Source of the DNA: a virus
Strand: one strand, 5' to 3'
Length of the DNA stretch: 64,000 bases
Virus record (IMG/VR): IMGVR_UViG_3300021560_000013
Location: 46,272-110,271 of that record
The position numbers and the translations under genes were made by a program. Positions 48,847-60,237 of the stretch are shown piece after piece; the stretch's first letter is position 1; each line of letters starts with the position of its first letter. Under the pieces are notes generated by a model. The model saw only the letters and a list, made by a program, of their open reading frames with translations. It ran no database searches and was not told the DNA's origin.

Positions 48847-49128
48847 ATGGCAAGAGGAGTCGTGGCATACAACGCCGACGGTCGGATCGACTACCACTCG
48901 CTCGACCAGAACGGCGATCCGTGGGCGCGCTACATGGGCAAGGACGGCAAGTGGTCCAACTGGCGCAAGTTCGGGCGCGGCGGCGCGCAACCGTTCGTGG
49001 AGATCGACATCGGCAGACACCCGGACGGTAGGCTGGAGACGTTCGCCAGGACGGCGGGCAACGTCACCTACCACAACTGGCAGGACGGACCGAACGGCCA
49101 GTGGCAAGCGAACTACAGGCAGTTCTGA
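48847..49128 (+). CDS. Two-blade beta-propeller lectin-like protein
   Basis: Two repeats xxxxxDGR(I/L)...W/Y.....G.W. Confidence 0.6.
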   Translation: MARGVVAYNADGRIDYHSLDQNGDPWARYMGKDGKWSNWRKFGRGGAQPFVEIDIGRHPDGRLETFARTAGNVTYHNWQDGPNGQWQANYRQF

Positions 49129-49129
49129 G

Positions 49130-49378
49130 ATGTCAATCAACGTAGGCAACGCCACCCCCGCGAAGCTCGTCCCGGCATCCACCGAGGACCAGGGCCTGAT
49201 CAACGTGAAGAACACCGGCGCGAACCCGGTCATGCTCTCCAAGACATCGAGCGCCACGTTCGCCACCGGCTCCTACTCGCTGGCAGCCGCCACCGGCATC
49301 CAGGTCAGCCTGAACCCCGGCGAGGAGCTATACGGGATCTGCTCCTCCGGTCTCACCTCGACCGTGGACGTGATCTAA
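49130..49378 (+). CDS. Hypothetical small beta-rich protein
   Basis: ORF right after lysis genes. Confidence 0.6.
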   Translation: MSINVGNATPAKLVPASTEDQGLINVKNTGANPVMLSKTSSATFATGSYSLAAATGIQVSLNPGEELYGICSSGLTSTVDVI

Positions 49379-49387
49379 GCTGCGCCG

Positions 49388-49417
49388 GATCCGGGAGGCC
49401 GCAAAGCCTCCCGGATC
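49388..49417 (+). terminator. Hairpin after lysis cassette
   Basis: GATCCGGGAGGC-CGCAAA-GCCTCCCGGATC. Confidence 0.6.
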
Positions 49418-49687
49418 AAGCCCCACGACGAGAGGAGCACCGATGGCCGTCACCGACCCCAGCCCCCTGGACCCCGCCGAGCCCGCGTCCGTCCCAGCCG
49501 ACGTGCCACCGACGCCCGACCCGCCGACCGGACCGCCCGAGCACGTCGATCCGCCGCACAGCGAGCCGACGCCAGCGCCCGAGCCGACAGCGCCCGCAGG
49601 CGAGCCCGCAGCTGCGCCGACGGACCCGCCACCCGAGCCGACGCCGGACAACGCCGGGGACTGAACTTCCCGCACGTAGCGAACATC

Positions 49688-49706
49688 TAGCGCGCGTCGT
49701 GCGCTG
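49688..49706. promoter_or_regulatory. 19-bp palindrome
   Basis: TAGCGCGCGTCGTGCGCTG upstream of CCGACCGAGGAAGG RBS. Confidence 0.65.
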
Positions 49707-50855
49707 CGCCTGCTAGGGTCGGCACCGCCGAAGGACCGACCGAGGAAGGCTCATGCCGTGCGCGAGACTAGTCTTCGGGGGTGTGAGCGAGCAGGAGGAG
49801 TGGGAAGCCCTACTCACCGAGGCGCTGATGATCCCCGAGACCGCCGAGGAAAAACAGCGGCGGCTCATGCACCTGCACCGCGACATCCTGCACGAAGCGC
49901 CGCCCGAATGCCTGCCGCTCGCGGACAAGGTGGAGCAGGCGATGCGAGCGATCCATGCCTGCTGAGCCGTGCGAGGAGTGCGGTGTGCTCGACGCGCTCG
50001 ACCGCCACGACCCGACCTGCCCGCGCGCCATCCGTCTCGGACTGTCCAGGCTGGCGGAAGGCGAGGAGCCGATCAGCCCGAGCGACCTGGAGATCGAGGA
50101 GCAGGAGCCCGAGCCCGAGCCCGCTGTCCACGGTGCGCCCCAGGAGGACATCCGCGAGTACCGCGACGACGGCGAGCAGTGGGTCGCACAGCCCCGCCGG
50201 ATGATCCGCGCGCAGGCAGCCGCAGCCGCGATCGAACAGGCGAACGCGCTCTGGATCGCCTACTACGGCGAGACCGACGGCGCGGCCTTCGACGTGATCG
50301 TGTTCGGCTCCGAGATCGAGGCGCTCCGCTACGCCGTCAAGCACGGCTGGAGCGTGCGCCATCTCGAACTCGACCGCAGCGTCCGCGAGCAGGCGCAGGA
50401 CCACGCGTGAGAGCCAACATCGTGATCATGCTGCTGTTCACGTTCGCGATCGGCCAGTTCGCCGCCGAGCAAAGCTGGAGCACCGTCGCGATCGTCGGCG
50501 TGATCGTGATGGTCATCCTGTGGAAGACGTTCGACCAGATCAACCGGCTGGAGCGAGGAGCGACCCCCGACGAACCGCCCCCTGAGACGCTCCCTGCCGC
50601 CACTGGAGAGGCTCCCGGCCAGCCCGAGGCCCGGCGTGCCACCCACACCAACGGCGGCTACAGACAGGCGCAGAAGCCGTGAGAGCGTGCCGCGCGGACG
50701 CCGACGCACCCCGAGTAGCGGCCACGCCCGGTCGGCCTGGGCTGATCAGTGGCTTACGAGCGGGAGACGCCCCCGAACCACCGGAGGTAGGGGAAGGGAG
50801 TCCGGGGCCACGCCTTGATCCCATGAGTGTCATTCCGCGCGACACGGGGATAGGC

Positions 50856-50874
50856 TAGCGCACGATGAGCGCGA
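50856..50874. promoter_or_regulatory. 19-bp palindrome overlapping a start codon
   Basis: TAGCGCACGATGAGCGCGA. Confidence 0.55.
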
Positions 50875-51228
50875 CCAGGGCAAAACACAAGCACGCCTGG
50901 CAGATGAACGTCCACCTGGACTTCTGCCACTACTACACCTCGATCTACACCTGCACCCGGTGCAGCGCAACCTGCACCATCACCCGCGAACGCGACCCCA
51001 AGCGCATGAGCAGCGCCATGTTCATGTTCGAAGAGACCTACGAGGAGATCCGCCGCGACGCCCGAGGCCGATTCGTCACACCGCACTGGGAAGTCAAGGT
51101 GTGCGACCGCTGCGAAGAACTGAAGGCCGGGGCCAAGGTCCGCTACGACATGGTCATCGTCGGCAAGGACGGCACCGTCGAGATCGAGCGCCACCAAGAG
51201 TTCGAGCAGCGAGCCGACGAAGACGACG

Positions 51229-51540
51229 ATGGCGACTGAGCGGATCCGCTGGCGCATGCACGACGGGCTCATGGCCCGGCTCGACCAGCGAGCCGCAGGC
51301 GAAGGCCGCACCCGCATGCAGCTGGTCGAACAGGCGCTCGCAGAGTTCCTCGACGTGCCCCTAGCGCACCCCGAGCTACCCGAGCAACCCGTGGAACTCT
51401 GCCCCGAATGCGAAGCCGGGATCATGCACGACGGCAAATGCGGCAACTGCGGCTGGTGGAGACGGCCAAGACCCTGGAAGAAGAACGCGCCACCGGTCCG
51501 CGTAACGCGCGCCCGTGTGACCAGCCGCCAAGCCCGCTAA
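51229..51540 (+). CDS. Ribbon-helix-helix DNA-binding protein with Zn ribbon
   Basis: RIRWRM...L.ARLD..A..EGRTR.QLVEQAL.EFL; CPEC..CGNC. Confidence 0.7.
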   Translation: MATERIRWRMHDGLMARLDQRAAGEGRTRMQLVEQALAEFLDVPLAHPELPEQPVELCPECEAGIMHDGKCGNCGWWRRPRPWKKNAPPVRVTRARVTSRQAR

Positions 51541-54093
51541 GCTCACGAAATGATCTTAGCCCTGATCGTCATCTTCGCCTGGATCTGCCTCAGCTGCTAC
51601 CTCGTCGTGATCATCGCCCGCACCATCCACCGAGCCGTCTACGCCTACCGCTGCAACCACCTGCCACGCATCACCGAATGGCAGGCCCGGCAGAACTGCG
51701 CACCGCTCTCCAACGCGTTCTCCCGCCACACCGAACAGAACGTGAGCCCCGGCCCTGTGCCCGTAGCGCGTGACCACCGGAGCCCACAATGAGCAGGCTC
51801 GCACGCATGACGGACAAGTACGAGAACGAGCCAAGCAACCGGCTAGGACGCATCGCCGCCGCCATGATGCAAGCAGGCGAACAGCACCCCGAAGCCAAGG
51901 AAGGCGACCGCGTGATCGTGATGCTCGACTACGCACCCGACGGCAGCGGCATGATCGCCCACGGCGGCTACGACAAAGACGAAGGCCGAGAAGCGTTCGT
52001 GAATCTCCTCGCGCACGTCCAGATGCTCGCGGAAGCCAACGGCATGCGACTCGACTTCATCCCCAACGCCCGGCCCGTCGGAGAAGGCTGATGCCCAGCA
52101 ACGCGCGGCTCGGGCTCGACAAGCTGCTGGCCGAATACCCCGACGCCGACGTGTCCGAAGTCATCCACCAGCAGGACTCAAACCACGCGAACGACGGCCC
52201 GTGGACCTGCGTCGATCTGCGCATCGACGGCCAGCGCATCCCGTTCGCGATCTGGAACCACACCGGCAACGTGTACCGCGTCGAAGGCCCCGACGGCGAA
52301 TACCCCGGAGCCGTGGAGGACGACCCGTTCCTGACCGTGACCCTGCTCGGGTGAGATGGCACCCGGAGCCGTGCTCGATGGCGTGGCCTGAGAACAGCTG
52401 CAACTGCGTGGGATGCGTGTACCGCGAGATCGCGCAGAAGCTCTGGGTGGGACTCTTCTCCGCGTGGGGATCCTGGCCGCACTGGCGCTGATCGCGATGA
52501 CCCTGTACGCGTTCAACGGCACGATCGACCCGCTTGCCTTCGCCACCATCCTGATCGTGATCTACGCCTACCGCTCGACCGAATGAACGCCTGGCAGCAC
52601 CAGCCCGTCCGCTGCGACTGCAGCCACCCCGGCAAGCACCAGAGCCGCTGGAAGCCGCACCCCGCCACCGGCAGGCTCGTCTGCCACGTCTGCCATCCGC
52701 CGCCCGGCAGCGCCGAGTTCGAGCGCGCCCACCGGCTCATCCGCACCAACGCTCCCGACCGCTCAAAACCCGAGGAGAAGAATGCCGCCAGCCCGCAAGA
52801 AGCCCAAGCCGCCCGAGGAGCGCAAACGCCCGCGCGCAGGCACGACCTACCCCAGCGCACCCAAGGATCCGACGGAGCGCCGCCAACACTTTTCGACGCG
52901 TAACGCACTCATCGCAGGCGTCGATCCCGACGAGTACCAGGCCGCGATCGAAGCGCAGCTGAAACGCGCCCGCGAGCACGGCGACCAAGACCTGCACGCG
53001 CTACGCAAAAGCGACCGATGAGCTACGCGACCGGAGGACAACCCATGAGCCACAGCCAGGCCCGCCACGCGCTGATCGGCCACTACCGCTGCCCCTGGTG
53101 CCCGCATGAATCACCCACCGCCGACCAGCACCGCCAGCACGTCCGCACCCTGCACCCCGACGAGTACGCCAAGCAGATGACGACCGCCGGATTCGAGCAG
53201 AACCCCGACACCGGCGAGTGGACACCGAGGCACACATGAGCAGCTACCAGTCGCTCGTGGATCTCGCGATCGAGCGGGCGCGCGGCGCAATGCACCAAGG
53301 CAACCCGGTACGCGCACGCGAGTGGATCGAGGCTGCAGCTGCCGCCGAGAAGGCCGGGCGTCCCGACATCGACCCGGAGCTACGCCGCACGCTCGACCGG
53401 CTGATCGAAGCCGTCGAGCACCTGACCGAGCAGGTGACGACTTGACAGCTGGCCTACGATCCCGCGTGAGACCGCCTGAGCCCCTTCTATCGCTGGTACG
53501 AGGCCGGATGAATGCTCGCAAGCGGACTCCCATAACGCCGGATCCCGCCATTCCGCGAGGAATGAGCGATCGCGATGAGTGACTGCGAGGCGTGCGGCTG
53601 CCCGCTGACGTGGGCGATGTCCACCAGCGGCGCACGCAGCCCGATCGAGACGGCCACGTCCAGCGCAGGCAACGTGCTGCTGCTGAAGCCGAAGGGCCTG
53701 GACACGCTGCTGGCCGTCGTGCTCTCGAAGGACGCGCTGGAGATGGCTCACCAGCTGAACGTCCCTCTACACCTGAACCACTTCGCTACCTGCCCGGAGC
53801 GGGAGCGCTTCCACCAACCCCGAGGAGAGAGACCATGACCATGCGAGTGATCGTGAACGTGGGCGTCGTGTTCGACGTGGAGACCTACACCGACGCGGGC
53901 CAGATCCTGGACCGGATCGACACCAAGCTGAGCAAGACCCTGGCCGGGAAGGGCAAGCACGAGATCACCGGCTTCCAGACACGCCCGTGCAAGGCCGCGA
54001 AGTTCGACCAGCTGGCCTACGCGCAGGACACGATGGCGCGCATGCCCGAGCCGGACATGGCCGAGATGCCGATGCGCGGATAGCATCCCGAGC

Positions 54094-54642
54094 ATGGCCG
54101 TCCGGGTATCGGTGTCGATCACCTTCACTGCCGAGAGCCGCGACGAGGCGATCGGGACGGTGGCAAGCTGGACGCTGCACCAGGGCTCGACCGTGACGCT
54201 GATGGTCGAGGATCCCGAGCGGGCGGTCATGCAGCCGACAATGGAGATGGTCGGCATTCAGGACGTTGACCAGGACGGCCACATCGACGTGCTGCCGGGA
54301 ACGGGCGGAATCGAGCTACCGCCGGGCTCGGTTGGGCCAGCGCATCCGATCGTGCTGCCGCCAGACCAGCCGCCGCCTGAGCCACCACCACCCGATCCGC
54401 CGGTCGCAGCGTTCACCTACGAGTTGCCGTCCGGCGGGGTGGGCCGAGGCGACGTGGTCACATTCGACGCGTCCGACACGACCGGCGCGACGGACTACGC
54501 GTGGACGTTCGGGGGTGGCGGCACGGCAACCGGCGTGACGGTCACGCACGCGTGGTCGGCACGCGGGAACTTCGACGTGACGCTGACTGCGACCGGCCCC
54601 GGTGGAAGCGCCAAGACCACGCAGACCGTGATCGTCGGCTAG
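54094..54642 (+). CDS. PKD-domain protein
   Basis: PVAAFT..VTFDAS....Y.WTFG.G..A.G....H.W...G...VTLT. Confidence 0.8.
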   Translation: MAVRVSVSITFTAESRDEAIGTVASWTLHQGSTVTLMVEDPERAVMQPTMEMVGIQDVDQDGHIDVLPGTGGIELPPGSVGPAHPIVLPPDQPPPEPPPPDPPVAAFTYELPSGGVGRGDVVTFDASDTTGATDYAWTFGGGGTATGVTVTHAWSARGNFDVTLTATGPGGSAKTTQTVIVG

Positions 54643-54870
54643 TTCAAGATCCGGCTCGCCTGGCCGAGTACCAGGGTGGAGGGTGTTCCCTTCAGTCCCG
54701 ACCGAGGAGTCCCACATGAGGCAGGAAGCCGACAAGACGCAGGGCGCGCGGATCCCGACCGCCGCCCAGGCAATGGCGTTCGCGGTGATCAAGGACGCCG
54801 ATCGGCAGACGCCGATGGCGCTGGCGCTGGCGCAGTTCATCCTGGACGCCGCCGAGCAGTAGCCTTGAGT

Positions 54871-54889
54871 TAGCGCACGACGTGTGCTA
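54871..54889 (+). promoter_or_regulatory. 19-bp palindrome/-10 promoter (consensus copy)
   Basis: TAGCGCACGACGTGTGCTA, -10 TATGCT. Confidence 0.85.
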
Positions 54890-55928
54890 TGCTCTACGTG
54901 GAGGGCGGAAGCCTTCCGATTCCCGACCGAGAGGAGCCCGACGTGAGCACGCTGACCGCGCCGCCCCGTCCTGCCCCCAAGCCTGGTGGCAACCAGCCCA
55001 ACCCCCACACCTGGAACGGAGCGTGGGGCTGATGGAGAGCTACCAGAGACCTGACGCGACCGGCATCCGCTGGGGGCTCGCGTTCCGCTGCTACCGAGGC
55101 GGCGAAGCCGTCGATCGCGGCTACGGCATGCCCTGGACCGTCGAGCGCTGGAACGGCGAGGACTGGGAGTTCATCGCACGAGCGGCGAGCTACCAGCGCT
55201 GCCGCGAGATCCCCGACGAGTGGCGCAAGGGCCAGCACCGCCGGATCAAGCGGACCACCGAGGAGGACTCGGCTCGCGCGCTGAACGCGCTGAGAGGACG
55301 ACTGTGACCGAGAAGAAGACCATCCGAGAACGCATGAACGCCCCTGAGGCGCAGCGCGAGCAGATGCTGCACAACGCGGCTCTGAAGCGCCACTACGCGC
55401 CAGGCACGCGCGTGCGCCGCTTGAAGACCGGGCGCGAGGGCGTGATCACCTGGTACGGGCGCGACAAGAAGCGCCGCGTGCTGGGACAGGGCCTGCCCCG
55501 AATCGGCGTGCGCTGGGACGGCAACACCGGCGTGAACTTCATGGGCACCGCCGGGATCGTCCGCTGCGACGGGCTGCACCTGGACGACACGAAGGCCCGG
55601 CGCACCACGCCGAGCCGCCGGTTCAAGGTGCTGAGCACGGTCGGCATGCCGCCGAGCGCGCTGACCAACGATCGCGGCACCGGCCTGTTCTACGGCCAGC
55701 GCACACTGGGCGACCAAGACCTGACCGCCGACGAGTTCGCCTGGCTGGGCGAGATCGCGCGTGAGCACAACGCCGGGGCGCTCGTCGTGGAGGTGACGCC
55801 CGGCTCGATTGGCGAGTTCGACTCGCGCGGCCAGACCGAGGCGTGGGACTGGGCGCGCTACCTGGTGGGCCGCTACGACCGCGATGGCGATCGCCCGCGA
55901 GGGATCGTGTTCATCGACCTGGACAACA

Positions 55929-55947
55929 AGACGCACGTCGTGCGCTA
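55929..55947 (+). promoter_or_regulatory. 19-bp palindrome/-10 promoter
   Basis: AGACGCACGTCGTGCGCTA, -10 TAAGCT, then CCCGACCGAGGAGG. Confidence 0.75.
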
Positions 55948-57746
55948 AGCTGAAGACCCGACCGAGGAGGAAACGCATGACCACCCTAAGCAGACGCGTT
56001 GGCGAGACGACGCGCCTGAGCACCTGGCCGATCTACGCAGTCGTGGCGATCTCGAAGGCCGACGGCTTCAAGCGGCTGAAGCGGGGCGCGCCCGAATGCG
56101 CCAGCTACGACGCGTGCGCCGAGTACGTCGAGCGCAACGAGTCCGACGACAACCCGGAGCGCTACGAGATCTGGGAGGTGGAGGCGTGACGCGCGAAGAG
56201 ATGGACGCGAGGGCTCGCGAGATCGAGACCGAGCTTGACAACGAGGCCCACGCGGGCTGGGCGTCATACCCGGCTGAGCTTGACGTGGACTACAACCGGG
56301 CTCGCCTGCGCGTGCTGCTGGCCGACGGCACCGTCCGGCTGTTCCAGCTGGACGACGTGGAGACGTTCGCCTGCCCCGAGTGCGGCACCGCGATGGTCCG
56401 CTCGCCGTCCGACCGGGACTTCCTGATGCACGTCGAGTCCACCGACTGCGCGCCTGAGCCCTGGCCGACACCCGAGGAGGCGAGGTGACCCGCGAGCGCC
56501 GGTGCAGCTGCGAGCCGTACGAGCTTTGCGAGTGCTTCGAGGCGTTCGACTACAACCGTCCGCCCGAGGGCTACTACGTCGGCCAGACCTACATCTCGGC
56601 TGCCGAGATCGACGGCGGCGAGCAGACCGGCATCTACCTGGACGCGTACGGAAGACAACACGAGCGCCCGCAGAACGCGGGCTGGTGAGGAGAAGACGCA
56701 TGAGGACGGTTCACCTGGTGCCGCGCATCGAGCGCAGAGACGGCACCTACAAGAGCAACGAGGGCGCGACGTTCGCGGTCGTGGACGGCGAGGGCCGAGA
56801 CCTGTTCGCCGTGTACGTGATCCCCGCCAACCGGGCGCAGGACACGCACATCTCGATCGGCGCGCAGCTGGTGGATCCGCACTACGCGGACCTGTTCGCG
56901 CAGGCGCTGGCAGAGGCCGGTGCCGAGGCCGCGATCATGGACGGGAGGGCCGGATGATCTACACCGCGACGATCACGCCCGGCGAGGCGCTGCCGGACGG
57001 CACGCTCGACCCGCTGTACTGGGCGTCGCTGGACGGCGACACCTACCTGCCCGTCTCGCGTCCGGCGCAGCCCGGCGATGAGGAGACGATCGCTCAGCTG
57101 TTCGAGGGCGACGGCAACTTCAAGCCGCTGGTGTGGGGCGAGCGCGGGATTCACTTCGCCGCCCTGCAGGTCAAGGGCGATGTCGAGTTCTCGGAGGTGG
57201 GCGATGCCTGACCCGGAGCGGGCCGACGATGTGCGCTGGCACTCGGTGCTGGGGATCCTCCGCAACCTGATGAAGGAGATCGGCCACGACCCGGACGACC
57301 TGATCATGCCGGTTGATCTGCCGATGTACGCGGAGGAGATCGACGCGCTTTACCGGCCCGAGTTGAACCGGCTGCGCGCATGAGCGACCTGGCGCAGATC
57401 CTGAGCACGATCGTGGCCGTGGTGATCGGCTACGCGTTCGGCGTGTACCACACCCGCCGGGCGATGCGCGATGCGCTCGCGCAGCTGAAGCGGGAGGGGA
57501 AGCTGTGACGAAGCATGGCTGCCGGTGCGGCAAGCGCGACTGCTGGCGGATCGTGACCTACCGGGGCAACTACTCGGCGTTCAACGGCTACCGGTTCGAC
57601 CCGAGTGACTACTCGGAGATCCAGTGCAAGGCGGCGCTCGGCGGCTGCGGAGCGCGCTGGCGCACCAAAGCGAAGTACGTCGAGGAGATCCGCGCACGCG
57701 AGCGGTCAGAACGCTGACGGTTGCATAGCAACACGAGCTTCACAGA

Positions 57747-57765
57747 ACCGTCACGACGTGTGCTA
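57747..57765 (+). promoter_or_regulatory. Degenerate 19-bp palindrome
   Basis: ACCGTCACGACGTGTGCTA. Confidence 0.55.
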
Positions 57766-58978
57766 GGTGAGCGCCGGAACGGGTAGTACCCTGCCGAACG
57801 GAGGCACTAGGAGGCACGCATGGCTACCTGGACCGAGATCGCGATCGACATGGCTCGGGTGATCGCAGCGCAGAACGGCTGCACGCTGGAGAGCTTCTCG
57901 CTGGACGGCGTGGACAGCTACGAGCAGGACGGCGTCGAGATGGTGATGGTCAAGGCGACTGCCCGGATCGCTCCTGCGCTGGACGGCGACGACGACATCC
58001 CGTTCTTCGACTCGGATCCCGTCCCCGTCGTCGGCTAGGGTGCCGCCGGTGGAGCCGTCCGGCGTGAGCTTGAGCCGTCTGGGCCTGATCGCGCCCGACG
58101 GGCTGTTCTGCCCCGAGGGCGGCGCGCACGAGGTGCTGGAGCCCGAGCTTCTGATCGCCGCAGGCGACGGCGGCGGTCACGTCACCTGCACGAAGTGCCA
58201 CCGGCGCATCTACCTGTGCGATCCGAAGGAGTTGTGATGGGAGCGGCGAGCCCGATGGAGCCCGTTCACGTAGGTCGCTGGATCAAGCTGTACCGCGCCG
58301 GTGACCGGCACCTCTACCCTGGTCTGCACCTGTGGCTCGGCAGGCGGTTCGGTCATCTGCGGCTGTGGCCCCCGAAGCGGGTGCATGGATGAGCACCGGC
58401 CCGCATCACGTCTTCGTTCACTTCGAGACCGAGGCCGGTGTCCAGCTGGACGCGTTCAAGGCGTGGGCGCACGAGAACGGGCTCGTGTACGCGGACGAGA
58501 TCGCCGGGCGCAACGTGTGGCGCAAGGGCAAGCCGCGCATGGGCGTCGAGGTGACGTTCGGGAATGGCGCACGCGGCAGTACGGCCAAGCCGGACTCGCC
58601 GCCGCCGGACGTGGCCGAGCATGTGATGCTGAGCACCGACTGGGGCGGTCCGCGCCAGGCGGATCTCGCGCAGCTGGCGCGCTCGTTCTGGATCGAGTTC
58701 GGCGGCGCGATGTTCGCGGACGGCGACGCGCGCAAGGCGATCTGTGGAGGCTTCTCGATCTAGCCGTAGCCTCGGGGTGAGTGCTCAGCTTCGAGGTCAA
58801 GCCGGACGGCGGCGTGCTGATCGAAGGCAACGAGACCGACCTGCTGGCGCTCGCGACCTGGCTGCATCTCGCGGTGTCCAGAGGCCACGTCGCGCCGAGC
58901 TACGTCGCGGACCGGGGCATGGTGACGGTCGAGATCCGGCGATTCCCCGAGGAATGAGCGAACGGGTAGGATCGCGTC

Positions 58979-59323
58979 GATCCCGACCCGGCATAGGACC
59001 CACGCCTTCGACGCGGCAGCACCGCCCCAGCGGGTCTCTAGGTTCGTCCGATTCTCAGGGGCAACGCTGACTCTGGCGCGACGCCTGCGGCAGCCGGGCC
59101 GGGATCAGTCCGGCTGACGCGGGATCCTGGTAGGCGACAAGCAAACAAGGAGTCGCCTATTGAGTTAGCTGACGGCTTCCCCAAGGCTATGTCAAGGGCG
59201 GTTGGGCGGGACCGCCCCGGTTAGACTTCGGCATCGACCTTCAACCCGCAAGGGTCGAGTACGCCACGCGCGCGGTAGCGCACAGGCGATAAGAGGAGCG
59301 GTCTTCGGGCCGCTCCTCGCTTT
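58979..59323 (+). ncRNA. Candidate ~345-nt structured non-coding RNA
   Basis: TAGGAT -10, no credible ORF, at least six hairpins, UUCG-loop terminator at 59293-59318. Confidence 0.55.
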
Positions 59324-59358
59324 CGCTAACATCGCGTGCTAAGCGACCGAGGGGAGAA

Positions 59359-59763
59359 GTGATGAAGCTGGCGTGCATGAAGTGCGGCAAGGTGCTGCCG
59401 CTGGAGGTGACGGTGGAAGAGGGCGAGGATCTGTCGTCCTCCGAGGAGTTCGGCATGCTGCCGGACAAGTTCCGGGTGGACATCCCCGTGCCGCCCGGCG
59501 GGATCCTGATGGCGCTGTGCATGGACTGCGTGACGCCACGCCAGGCGTTCCAGCGGATGATGGAGTTGACGGCGGCGATGCTGGAGTCAGCCGAGGACTA
59601 CATCGAGAACATCGAGGGCATCGGCAGGATCCAGCCCGCGCTGCTTGACAAGCCGGACGTGAAGGCGAGCCTGGTCAAGGCGCGCGAGCAGGCGGCTGAG
59701 GCCCGGCGGCAGCTGGAGGCGCTGGCCGCTGTCGAGCACACGATCGAGGACGAGGACGGATAA
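59359..59763 (+). CDS. Hypothetical protein (CxxC pairs)
   Basis: CGACCGAGGGGAG RBS; degenerate palindrome at 59323-59341. Confidence 0.6.
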   Translation: MMKLACMKCGKVLPLEVTVEEGEDLSSSEEFGMLPDKFRVDIPVPPGGILMALCMDCVTPRQAFQRMMELTAAMLESAEDYIENIEGIGRIQPALLDKPDVKASLVKAREQAAEARRQLEALAAVEHTIEDEDG

Positions 59764-59805
59764 CGGGCGCGGCTCCGGACACCCTTGCACTCGCGCCCTG
59801 CCCGG

Positions 59806-60027
59806 CTAGGACTCCGGGTCGAAGATGACCGTGAACGGTCGGCCCTGCGTGAACTGCTGCGCCGCCACGTCGTTGCGGACGGTCATGCGGATCATGCCCG
59901 CCGGGGTCGCTTCCGCCCATTCGGCGTTGCGGCCTTGCGCGTAGTCCGGCGTTAGCTCGATCTCGTGCGCCCACTCCATGTCGTTGACGCGTGAGACCTT
60001 GAACTTCGCGGTGATCGCCATGCTCAC
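59806..60027 (-). CDS. Conserved small phage protein
   Basis: AKFKV..N..W..ATP.G.I.M.V.N..A..QF; AAAGGAGG RBS. Confidence 0.65.
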   Translation of the reverse strand: MSMAITAKFKVSRVNDMEWAHEIELTPDYAQGRNAEWAEATPAGMIRMTVRNDVAAQQFTQGRPFTVIFDPES

Positions 60028-60237
60028 CTCCTTTCTGCGCCGGTACGCTACCGGCGATGGAGGCGATCAACCCGGAGCTTCAAGCGGAGATCCAGGCGTT
60101 CGCGAATCACGCGGCCCTGCGCGCCCGCTCGCAGGACGACCTGATCGAAGGTGTCCGGCTGTACGCGGAGAAGCTGCTGGGCGAGCCGGTGACGGTGAAT
60201 CTGAGCGACGCGGGGCTGCTGTCGGTCAACGTGTCGG

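Larger units (their letters stand above)
49753..54083 (+). other. Cluster of small hypothetical genes, several Cys/His-rich or membrane (e.g. 49955-50410, 50407-50682, 50865-51239, 51550-51792, 51789-52091, 52091-52354, 53046-53239, 53236-53445, 53575-53838, 53835-54083)
   Basis: Packed coupled ORFs. Confidence 0.6.
55032..58763 (+). other. Cluster of small hypothetical genes (55032-55307, 55304-55948, 55977-56189, 56186-56488, 56485-56688, 56700-56957, 56954-57211, 57204-57383, 57505-57717, 57820-58038, 58040-58237, 58389-58763)
   Basis: Packed coupled ORFs with RBSs. Confidence 0.6.

Noticed and set aside
51030-51075. YEEIRRDARGRF in ORF 50865 as another cargo tag
   Set aside because: Lacks HP and the LxE site, mid-domain in a small Zn protein; may be chance
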